This document shows, in pieces, positions 10,799-19,358 of a DNA stretch of 64,000 nucleotides. How positions within the stretch are numbered: position 1 is the stretch's first letter; every line of letters starts with the position of its first letter. The notes under the pieces are model-generated. The model searched no databases and was not told the DNA's origin. It worked only from the letters and a program-made list of their open reading frames with translations. Origin of the DNA: Paramoeba atlantica. Lineage: Eukaryota; Protista; Discosea. Location of the stretch: positions 113,516-177,515 of the forward strand of contig CDRNVI010000033.1 in the NCBI GenBank assembly GCA_977017575.1. The letters run 5' to 3'. The position numbers and the translations under genes were made by a program.

Positions 10799-11896
10799 AT
10801 GAAGGCTGTCATTCAGCTACGCAAACTGTTCAAGAAAGATGAAGACTACAAAAAACGTAAACAAGCCTTCACGCAGGATCAGGATTCAAAGGTATCTAAT
10901 GGTGAACAAGACTTAACTCGTCAAAAGGAAACATTGATCGCCCTCGAAGCTCATTTTCGTGAATTAGAGAAAGGGTTTCTAAGCAAAGCCTATCATGAGG
11001 CTGTCACAGCAACAAAGTGCTTGACAGTTAAAGGTCTTCACACACCTACGTGCATTTTGCGTTATGGCTGTCCTCGAGATTCTCGACGCGAAATTTGGCT
11101 TGCAATCACCGGGGCCCGTGACTTGAAACATCAGCATGGAGGACCACGGTATTACACGCAGTGCATTCAAAATGCGACCGAATCCAACACGAAGCAGATT
11201 GCAAAAGATCTTCACCGCACCTTACCTCTTTTAGCTGTGTTTCACGATTCGATGAACACAGAATCTCTCCGTCGAGTTTTGTTCGCTGTGGCGACACATT
11301 TAAAGCATTCCTATTGTCAAGGAATGAATGTGGTTGCGGCTTTGCTGCTTCTTGTTTACACACCGCGTCATGAACTAGATGTATTCTATACTCTCATCTC
11401 GCTGGTTGAGCGGAACAAGTATAGTGCCGGGTATTATGATGCAACTCTCTCTGGTGTACAACGAGACATCAGAGTTTTAGATTATTTGATTTTTCAGGAC
11501 GATCCGTTATTTAGCACCCATTTACAAAATATTCTTGGGATACGCCCTGCAGGTCTTTTTGTGGATTGGCTATTGTGCTTATTCGTTGGTGTTGTCCCAA
11601 CGGAGTGGGTTCTGAGGATTTGGGATTTGTACATACTACGTGGCATTCCCGCAATACTTACTATTTTTCGCTCCCTTGTACGACATTCTTCGACAACCCT
11701 TGCAAATAGTGACGTGAACACGGCAATTGATAAGGTGCAACAAGTCCGAAGGCAACTTCGAAATTTAGTAGCGTTGGATAAAGTTTTGATCCCCACATTT
11801 TCCGAAAATATGCACAATATTTCTTTTGATGAATTGAGACAACTACGAACCAAAGCTATTAATGGCGAGCTACTTTTAGACGAATCAAGTGATTAA
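10799..11896 (+). CDS. TBC-domain Rab GTPase-activating protein
   Basis: RREIWLAITG, QIAKDLHRT (IxxDxxR), YCQGMN (YxQ), VLRIWDL motifs. Confidence 0.9.
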   Translation: MKAVIQLRKLFKKDEDYKKRKQAFTQDQDSKVSNGEQDLTRQKETLIALEAHFRELEKGFLSKAYHEAVTATKCLTVKGLHTPTCILRYGCPRDSRREIWLAITGARDLKHQHGGPRYYTQCIQNATESNTKQIAKDLHRTLPLLAVFHDSMNTESLRRVLFAVATHLKHSYCQGMNVVAALLLLVYTPRHELDVFYTLISLVERNKYSAGYYDATLSGVQRDIRVLDYLIFQDDPLFSTHLQNILGIRPAGLFVDWLLCLFVGVVPTEWVLRIWDLYILRGIPAILTIFRSLVRHSSTTLANSDVNTAIDKVQQVRRQLRNLVALDKVLIPTFSENMHNISFDELRQLRTKAINGELLLDESSD

Positions 11897-12229
11897 CTTG
11901 ATAATACAGATATCCAGATAACTTACTAAAACCGATGCAAATTAAATGTCTTTCTCGCTACATTAAACGAGGTGCTTGTTTTCAGCGAAGAGGGCGTCAT
12001 CGCTGAGCACTTCATATTCACAGTTCCTTGGACGGAATAACTACCGGTTAAAAGATTCCAGCAGTGTGCCTTTTCCCCTTTTCTGAAATTTACACTACTT
12101 TGATCGATGAAGGACGTAGTAAGGTTGTACTGTACCTTAGGTGCAGTACTACTACCACGCCCTCTATATAAGAACTAATTATAAATTACCCCGTTCTCAG
12201 GATTCATGAACATTTTAGGCTCTTTGTAG

Positions 12230-12289
12230 GTGGTTGTTTTCAACACAGAAGTCACGCATTCTGCGCGCTTCGCGTTGAAAACTACCTCC
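12230..12289 (+). repeat. Long-form asymmetric palindrome repeat (copy 1)
   Basis: gtggttgttttcaac-29 nt-gttgaaaactacc; homologous, loop included, to the reverse complement of 33872-33936. Confidence 0.8.
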
Positions 12290-12393
12290 TTAGTGACGAG
12301 GTATCGGGGGAAAAATCCCTTTTGACCAAAAAATGCAACTGGACGTATTTTATTTTTCCGGAGAAATTCAAATTGTTTTATTTTTTTTGCACA

Positions 12394-12426
12394 CGAGATA
12401 TCTTGTTCCCTTAGCGAAGAGCTTTG
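12394..12426 (+). repeat. Solo fragment of the Tc1-like TIR
   Basis: 30/33 identity to TIR segment cgagagatctcgttcccctagcgaagagctttg. Confidence 0.7.
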
Positions 12427-12624
12427 ACGTACATGTAATTTTCTTATTGACACCCTCCTCCCCTCTGGCCGCAGAATATGTGGTTTTCCGAGTAAATTTT
12501 CTGGTATTACAAATCTTTTTTACTTTTCTTCAATTTCCTTTTGGAGCTACTTATTCAGATATTTTTATGTCACCCCAAATGCGCATTAGTTCATTCAGGT
12601 TTAATTAATTTTGTTTCGCCGTTG

Positions 12625-13284
12625 ATGCTCCTTTTTCTTTCGCATTTCTTGGGCGTCTTCCATCACTTGTCTACATGTAAGTCCATTGAGGCACCGTATG
12701 TGATGCAGCGGCGACAAGTTTTACCTACAGTAGAAATACAAATCTCGATAGACAATGGACACAGTTGGAATTCCCGTTATTTTGACTCCCAAAGAGAAGG
12801 ATACTCTCCGCAGAAAGTGAACCTTTGGTTAAAAGAATTGACCTTGAATGATTGTATGGGAAGTGTACATGGAAAAATGTACATACGGACACGTTCTTCT
12901 CTAGGGTCACAAAACTCGTTCGTGCAGATTCGCATTCCTACGTGCTCTCTCACACTAAATGATGTTCATCCCCGGATCGGAATTTTCTTTGGTGAAAGAG
13001 GGGAAGTACTTGGGCTGCAATGGCTGGGAATGTTTGTCACCAAATGTCATGCTCGTCGAAACGTGATTCCTCATTACTCAATGTTCGTGATAGTTGCTGA
13101 AACTGAAATGGAAACGAAAATTCCCTCATGGGGCACCACTGCCGAAATACACCACAAGTCGCTCAACCAGAGTGAAAATCTCAGCACAGAGCAGAAGACA
13201 AATTGGTGGCCATATGTGTTCACATTTTTCTTATCGTTGATGTTAACACGATTATTTTTCAGTCCATTATCCAAGGATTCTTGA
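12625..13284 (+). CDS. Predicted type I membrane protein (signal peptide plus C-terminal TM; possibly EMC10-like)
   Basis: First ATG 12625; hydrophobic N-terminus MLLFLSHFLGVF; C-terminal EQKTNWWPYVFTFFLSLML. Confidence 0.5.
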   Translation: MLLFLSHFLGVFHHLSTCKSIEAPYVMQRRQVLPTVEIQISIDNGHSWNSRYFDSQREGYSPQKVNLWLKELTLNDCMGSVHGKMYIRTRSSLGSQNSFVQIRIPTCSLTLNDVHPRIGIFFGERGEVLGLQWLGMFVTKCHARRNVIPHYSMFVIVAETEMETKIPSWGTTAEIHHKSLNQSENLSTEQKTNWWPYVFTFFLSLMLTRLFFSPLSKDS

Positions 13285-13429
13285 CTCTTGTGGGTTCTTG
13301 ATTCTTGCCCAGTGATAACCATACCACTATGGTGTGTATAAGATATACAAAGATGTACAGATGTATGAACGATCTGTACCGGCTTAATGGAAAATAGGGA
13401 AATTATTACTTGTAATCCTTCACAAACAC

Positions 13430-14026
13430 ATGATTCAAAAATATCTAGATGCTGCAGTCCAGAATGTCGAAATAAATTATCGTTGTGAAATACAGTTACC
13501 TGGCCCTGCCTTGCAACTCTTGGGGAAAACGATAAAGTTTTATGGAAGGGAGCTCTACACAGTGGCTTGCCATTTTGCATGTCAAAAGCAGGAAAATGAT
13601 ACAGAAATTCTGTCCCATACGACGCGCTGTACAAAGGAACTATCACGTGGGGACCCGGATGGCGTTGCGAATTCCCCCAAAAATGCTTTAGCGAAACATT
13701 GCAGCGCTATTTCTACGATTAATTTGAAAAGAAGCATCTTAATATTTCCTCTGCACTCCCACTTTTTCGTTGATCTGGAAAATAAGTGGATAAATATTGT
13801 CCATGAAAGATACATGTTAAATAGTGTGGCTGTTAGAATCTGTGCTCCTACAAAGGCAGACCGTACTGTTCAGCAGAATGGTCCACAACTTTATACCCGG
13901 TCAAGCGTTGAACTTGTAACATCACATCATACCTTAAACGAAAGACCTCGACCAAAGAGAATTCGAGTTATTACTTCACGTCAAACGTCAAGTGCAGCAA
14001 AGATGGAAAGTTCACATGAGACGTAG
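13430..14026 (+). CDS. Hypothetical protein
   Basis: 198-aa ATG ORF on the common strand; no family recognised. Confidence 0.35.
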   Translation: MIQKYLDAAVQNVEINYRCEIQLPGPALQLLGKTIKFYGRELYTVACHFACQKQENDTEILSHTTRCTKELSRGDPDGVANSPKNALAKHCSAISTINLKRSILIFPLHSHFFVDLENKWINIVHERYMLNSVAVRICAPTKADRTVQQNGPQLYTRSSVELVTSHHTLNERPRPKRIRVITSRQTSSAAKMESSHET

Positions 14027-14126
14027 CCTCATTGATCTGGGACGTGGATCGTGCTCCCCCATTTGGGAAGGGTATTGGTCCTGTGGGCGAAAGCCTGTCC
14101 GAGAGCGATGCAATATTCAGTACATA

Positions 14127-14266
14127 CACCCATGGTCAGAAGTGTGCCCCCGGCCTGGCAAATGTCAATTTTTTTATCCATTTTTGCTCATTTTTGCAGC
14201 ATTCGAGAGATCTCGTTCCCCTAGCGAAGAGCTTTGCCGCCTTTTTTTCATAGGGGACCCCCTGGT
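14127..14266 (+). repeat. Left terminal inverted repeat of the Tc1-like element
   Basis: Reverse complement of 15564-15702. Confidence 0.92.
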
Positions 14267-14373
14267 GCTCTGGTGGTGACCCCAAATTAGACCAAAAACA
14301 AAAAATGGTACATTAGACATCCAGAAGAAAACATCACCCTTTCAATGATAAAATGAGAAAAAAGGAAGAAGTA

Positions 14374-15465
14374 TCAATATCCGCAGTGCTCCCCATTGGT
14401 CTGAATAACTATTTGCATACGTTTGGGAACAGAATTGATGGAATTCAACACTTTCTGTCTATGTGGGGCACGTTTTAGAGCATTAAACGCCTTTTCTATG
14501 GCCTTTGTCAGGGTTACATAGTTATGTGGCTTAAATTTTTTTTGTACCATTTTGTTTATCAAGCTCCAAACGTTCTCAATAGGATTGAGATCTGGAGAGT
14601 TGGGGGGCCAATTCATAAGAGGAATGGTACAGTTTATAAGCTCATGCTTTACCAAATTATGGGTTGTGGCGCTATCCATTTGAACCCATACAATTTCCTT
14701 ATTTTCCTTCAAATACTCTAAGAATCCTTGTCGTGTTTTGAAGGCCCTTAGAATAGTTTCGCCCTTTACTTTGTGGGCGTCTGCATGGCTCACACCCCCA
14801 ATTGGCTTGAAGATATGCAAGAAGCCGTGGGTTTTGCTTATTCCCATCCATGCCATAACACCCTTCCCCCCATACCATCGTCTGTTGCGACACCGTATCT
14901 TTTTGGGGCCCCCCTTTTTCCCAATAAAAAAATGCTTACCCCCATGAACACCACACATAAAGAGTTTTTCGTCGGTCCAAATTATATTATCCAACTTTTG
15001 GGGGGGAAGAGAAAGCAACTCGTTAGCCAATGCGACACGAAGGGCTTTATGCCGTTCGGTGAGGTCACAGTTCCGTGCCTTGGCCATCCTCGTGTACCCT
15101 GAGTTATGTAATACACGAACGACTTTCTTAATGGAACAATTGTACCCTTTCCTTTTTAATTGATCATGAACCAAGTTGTACGTCAAGCAACCCTCTTCCT
15201 TTGTATTTTCCTTATCAACTATTGATTTCACCTTTGATACAAATCTTTTTGAAGGCTTTGGCCTACCTGATTTCAGTGGAGATGACAGTTCATTACCTTT
15301 TTTTGAGAGATTAATAAATTTTCTAATTGTACGGCGGTCACGATCAAAGTTTTTATGAAGTTGGGTGATGCTGACGCCAGATTTGTGCTGTTTAACTATC
15401 TCTGTTCTCTCCGAAATGGACAAAGCCATGTTTCGTTTGTGACTTATACGAGGCGGGGTCCTCAT
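14374..15465 (-). CDS. Tc1-like DDE transposase, 363 aa
   Basis: N-terminal HTH-like region, GRP linker, WTDEK, QMDSA, WPPNSPDLNPIENVW; only long - strand gene in the window. Confidence 0.95.
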   Translation of the reverse strand: MRTPPRISHKRNMALSISERTEIVKQHKSGVSITQLHKNFDRDRRTIRKFINLSKKGNELSSPLKSGRPKPSKRFVSKVKSIVDKENTKEEGCLTYNLVHDQLKRKGYNCSIKKVVRVLHNSGYTRMAKARNCDLTERHKALRVALANELLSLPPQKLDNIIWTDEKLFMCGVHGGKHFFIGKKGGPKKIRCRNRRWYGGKGVMAWMGISKTHGFLHIFKPIGGVSHADAHKVKGETILRAFKTRQGFLEYLKENKEIVWVQMDSATTHNLVKHELINCTIPLMNWPPNSPDLNPIENVWSLINKMVQKKFKPHNYVTLTKAIEKAFNALKRAPHRQKVLNSINSVPKRMQIVIQTNGEHCGY

Positions 15466-15563
15466 GAAGAAAAAACAGGGAGAAAAAAGGATGATATACT
15501 AAAAGAATTGACTGTGATCCGAAAAAATGGGTAAAAAACCCATGTTTTTTGGACCCAGGGGGT

Positions 15564-15702
15564 ACCAGGGGGTCCCTATGAGAAAAAGGCGGCAAAGCTC
15601 TTCGCTAGGGGAACGAGATCTCTCGAATGCTGCAAAAATGAGCAAAAACGGATAAAAAAATTGACATTTGCCAGGCCGGGGGCACACTTCTGTCCATGGG
15701 TG
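15564..15702 (-). repeat. Right terminal inverted repeat of the Tc1-like element
   Basis: Reverse complement of 14127-14266. Confidence 0.92.
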
Positions 15703-16404
15703 TATATGCAAACTACAGTTGGTTCTACATACAATGTTGAGGGAGATACTACTCCCTCGCTATCCCATATTAATAAAATTTGGCCCGAAATTTGGCCCGA
15801 CAAAAACTTTTCCGGAAGAAGTTTTTTCACAAAGAACCAAAGGCAGCACCATAAATACATGTAGATAGTTTTAGGAGAGAAAAACGCACCTTTTGGACCA
15901 CTCGAGACTTCGGAAGCGATTTGCAAACCCCAATTTGCCATATACTTTTTTCAACTTGAAGCGTGGGATGCGCAAGACCGTAGAAAAAAACCAGATCCAA
16001 ATCATTCCGGATTGCTCCGGACGGTCACTGGCAAGCCAGACCCTTCACAGACAGATTTTGAAGTTCCGAGACCGATGTCCTCTACCAGTTTCTGCTTGTC
16101 CAAGGCGGCACCAACGTGCTGTTACCAACACGCTGCGTCGACGAATTGTACGTCAACACGGCTTACTCAAGAGGTGTAAGCCGGGTAAGGGAGCTGGTTC
16201 CCTGAGGGGAGGGTCCGGGACGGTCCTCCGAGTACTGGGCCTAGTCGGTTCTCCGCCCAGCCTCTTAGAGTGAGGCCGCCAGGAATAATGCGATGAGCGG
16301 GTTTGAACTCGCCATCTCAGCACCATGTGCTTCAAACTTTGAATTCTTGCCACTCCGCCACCTCCGCTTAAGAGAAGACCGTAGAGGAAGAAGGAGGCGC
16401 AAGT

Positions 16405-16439
16405 CATAAAGGCAGAAGGCGGAGCCTTCTGCCTTTGTG
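16405..16439. repeat. Perfect 13-bp stem hairpin with GGA triloop
   Basis: aaaggcagaaggc-gga-gccttctgccttt, extendable by 3 bp with one G-T pair. Confidence 0.85.
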
Positions 16440-16508
16440 CCGCAGCGACGACAACTTCCTCGCGTGGGAAGCTGTAAGGAGTCCTAGGGAACATGTTTTT
16501 ACTATGTA

Positions 16509-16690
16509 ACCCAGGGTAAAGGGGACGAGGGAGATACCAATAGTGTAGGTGCAGCAGTTTCACACAGGAAATACGGTGTCTCCCTTATGGCATGAAGACC
16601 GGTGCCTAAAAAGGTGGAGATGCCGTTTTTCCCGTGGGAAACTGCCGAACCTACACTATTGATATCTCCCTCGTCCCCTTTACCCTGGGT
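16509..16690. mobile_element. Putative foldback/MITE-like element (57-bp inverted arms, 68-nt spacer)
   Basis: 16509-16565 versus reverse complement of 16634-16690: 53/57 identity; no clean TSD. Confidence 0.6.
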
Positions 16691-16801
16691 TTAATAATGA
16701 ATTTATGGCACATGATTATGTGCGAAACAAGTGCAGAATTTGCTTCTTTATTTCGTACTTCCCTTAATTCATATTTCATCCTTTTTCGAATTTTCAAACG
16801 C

Positions 16802-17599
16802 ATGATAACCTGTCCTGTGTCTGTGTTGGCAACCCTGACAGTAATCATTTGTCCAGATGCTCCTCGAGACGCAAAAAGACGGAAAATGATGGCCAGTACT
16901 GCTGAAGAAGGGGGGCTTCGTACTTTTACCCAACATTTGACTTACTATCGCTTTTCTTCGGAAGCACCTACGTGGCTATGGCCTGGTGTCTTTACTAATG
17001 AAATTCGCGAGATAACTGCCCTAGATTGGTCACACTTTAATCTTCAGGGAAACCTAACTTGGGAAACGCTTCCAGAAACAATGCGAGATATAAATTTGGA
17101 GAATAACTGGCTTCGTGGGTCAGTGCGTTTCGAAAATTTGCCCGCCTTGTTGCAGTACTTAACGGTCGCCTCAAATCGTCTGTCTGGTCCCATTGATCTG
17201 ACAAATTTGCCCCTCGCACTCAAATCACTTATTGTGGTGGACAACATGTTTTCTAGTAATATTGCTCTGGATCGACTTCCTCCGTCACTTGAAGAATTGA
17301 ATTTGGGACGTAACCGCTTATATGGGACGCTCAATTTTACATCGCTGCCTAAAAGTTTACGTCGCTTAGAGCTTCATAGAAACAGTTTCAGTGGAGAAAT
17401 AGATTTGCAACGATTACCTGAAAATATGAACCGTTTGAAACTTTACAATAATGATCTTTGCGGGCAATTGAGCTTCACGCAACTTCCCTCCAAGTTACAA
17501 GTTTTATATTTGGAAGGTAATGTGTTTAGCGGTTTTTCTCGACCACCACCTCAAGGAACAAATGCCTTGTTCGTTAATGATACTGTCATATATGTATAA
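16802..17599 (+). CDS. Leucine-rich repeat protein (plant/protist-type LxxLxLxxNxLxG repeats)
   Basis: Repeats such as LPALLQYLTVASNRLSGPIDL, LPPSLEELNLGRNRLYGTLNF, LPKSLRRLELHRNSFSGEIDL; start uncertain (ATG 16802 or 16886; ORF open from 16634). Confidence 0.88.
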   Translation: MITCPVSVLATLTVIICPDAPRDAKRRKMMASTAEEGGLRTFTQHLTYYRFSSEAPTWLWPGVFTNEIREITALDWSHFNLQGNLTWETLPETMRDINLENNWLRGSVRFENLPALLQYLTVASNRLSGPIDLTNLPLALKSLIVVDNMFSSNIALDRLPPSLEELNLGRNRLYGTLNFTSLPKSLRRLELHRNSFSGEIDLQRLPENMNRLKLYNNDLCGQLSFTQLPSKLQVLYLEGNVFSGFSRPPPQGTNALFVNDTVIYV

Positions 17600-17957
17600 T
17601 GCCCTGATAAATACCGTCTCATGAAGGTACGCATAGAATTAGAAGAGATTTATACATACAGGCGTGAAAATTTTCATCTACTGTAGGGGGTCTAAAATTT
17701 GCAAAAGAAAATATAGATACATAAGGTATGTACTCGACCGCGAACCCAGCAAAAAAAAAGCTTTTCCCTACGATAAATATGAGAAGCATTACAATTTTCA
17801 ACATGGTGGATTTACGAACCTCTTATTTAATGGGTAATTTATTGCACTACTACATGTACTATGGAATAAATTGAAAATAACTTGCAATGTCTCCAGAATA
17901 CTACTCTAGGTAGTTATAAATCCCCTGGATCTTTCGTGTACATTGTAGTATGATAAC

Positions 17958-18659
17958 ATGGAAAATAGGTCAGTGCGTCGGGGTTGTAAATATAAGAAAG
18001 AAAGGGCTCATCGTGCGAAAGAAACTACAATCGATGCTTTTGAGTTCGTTGAACGTAACGTTCTCTTTTTCGTGAATCCTTTCGAAGGTCTGCGCACGAT
18101 TCCTTTTGATTTTGATCAAACGTCTAATGTACGAACAAGCAGAGGTAGTTCAGGTACCAAATCAATAAATGTGTGTGGATGTCACGAATTTTATTCTACT
18201 AAATCAGAATTAGGTATTCTACCCAATGAGTCGTGCGAAGCTTATGCAGAGGTTGAAAATTTTTGTGTAAACCACCACGAAGAGCGAGCTCATTGTGTAC
18301 ACGGACTTCTTGAGGGGTCAGGATTATTACGGGATATAGATTATATGGTTCATAATCCTCTACGGATTGCTAGTTACACTCAACTATATATTTTGTTTAT
18401 TTGGCATGGAGAGAACTCCTGGGTAACCCGTCCATATTGGCATCTCGCATACATGGCTCTCGATGTTGCGCGGCACTATGAATCAAGCTGGGATCTTTCT
18501 CGAACCCATGATGAATTCGAATCAAGTATATTCTTATTAAAATGTCGTAACGATTTCTATAAAGGTCGTGAACATGAATTGATGACAAGTATAGTCTTTA
18601 CAAGTAACGATTCTTTACATCAATGGATAGCAGAGCATTCTGAAAATACAGAAAAATAA
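17958..18659 (+). CDS. Hypothetical protein
   Basis: 233-aa ATG ORF with scattered Cys/His; no family recognised. Confidence 0.5.
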   Translation: MENRSVRRGCKYKKERAHRAKETTIDAFEFVERNVLFFVNPFEGLRTIPFDFDQTSNVRTSRGSSGTKSINVCGCHEFYSTKSELGILPNESCEAYAEVENFCVNHHEERAHCVHGLLEGSGLLRDIDYMVHNPLRIASYTQLYILFIWHGENSWVTRPYWHLAYMALDVARHYESSWDLSRTHDEFESSIFLLKCRNDFYKGREHELMTSIVFTSNDSLHQWIAEHSENTEK

Positions 18660-18842
18660 GTATAGAAAATTTTCCTCTTGTAACGTTTTGAACCTCTGAC
18701 TTCGGGAGCTATGCTGCCGAAGTGGGTGGTCTCGGACGATAGCCTATCATAGGACGATAAATATTTTTTGACATAGTCAAGCCAATATTACTCGAACTTT
18801 CTCTGTTTGTTTGTTCCCCTTTTTTCAATAATCGAGGATAGA

Positions 18843-18864
18843 GCGGTAGTTATACAACCACCGC
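18843..18864 (-). repeat. Short-form asymmetric palindrome repeat (copy 2)
   Basis: gcggtagtt-atac-aaccaccgc; about 18820-18868 matches the reverse complement of about 31964-32010. Confidence 0.75.
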
Positions 18865-18937
18865 AATAGTTTAACATTCATGATTTTTATTAGCCGGACG
18901 GATCCAATGCTATTTTTTGTTTCATAATTTCAGTATA

Positions 18938-19275
18938 CTCCCCCTCTGATTAATTTTGGTAAATGGACTTTTTTTTAATTTTTCTCCCCCATTATTTTGA
19001 TAATGATTTATCAAAAGATTCTATTTTTGATAAATAATAAATCAATTGTTTGCCTCGTTTCTATATATTTCGTTCTCTAGAACAGCGAAGTCACAATTTT
19101 TTCAGTTCGAATACCCAAAATGCCCCAAATCTGGGGTAAAAAGTTGCCGTTTTCGCCCAGAAATCGGGTATTTTTTCCCGAAAGCTGTTTTCAATTCTTA
19201 TTTATTTTGATAAATGATAAATGGTAATAATAAGTCACTTTTATTTATTATTATCAAAATTAATCAGAGGGGGAG
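18938..19275. mobile_element. Stowaway-like MITE (338 bp)
   Basis: Perfect 21-bp TIRs CTCCCCCTCTGATTAATTTTG; TA on both sides (18936-37, 19276-77); AT-rich interior with ttttgataa subterminal repeats. Confidence 0.85.
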
Positions 19276-19358
19276 TACACATTTTGAGGATTGATCATTT
19301 CATATTTCACAAAATTTGAAGTTGGTTGTCAAAAGATAAATCAAGGCTTTCATACACT

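Larger units (their letters stand above)
14127..15702 (-). mobile_element. Full-length IS630/Tc1/mariner-superfamily DNA transposon (1,576 bp), TA target duplication
   Basis: TA at 14125-14126 and 15703-15704; ~140-bp TIRs starting CACCCATGG with 3 substitutions and 1 indel; uninterrupted transposase inside. Confidence 0.95.

Noticed and set aside
13074-13646. 190-aa minus-strand ORF
   Set aside because: Overlaps two + strand ORFs, runs against the cluster direction and has no motifs
15739-15758. gagggag-atacta-ctccctc, resembling abutting Stowaway ends
   Set aside because: Only 7-bp matches, and no partner TIR found within the window
16200-16480. HDV-like ribozyme or ingi/L1Tc 77-nt signature (tcctcgc loop, cagtactc)
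   Set aside because: I could not build consistent P1, P2 and P3 pairings by hand; only short word matches. An Infernal search would settle it
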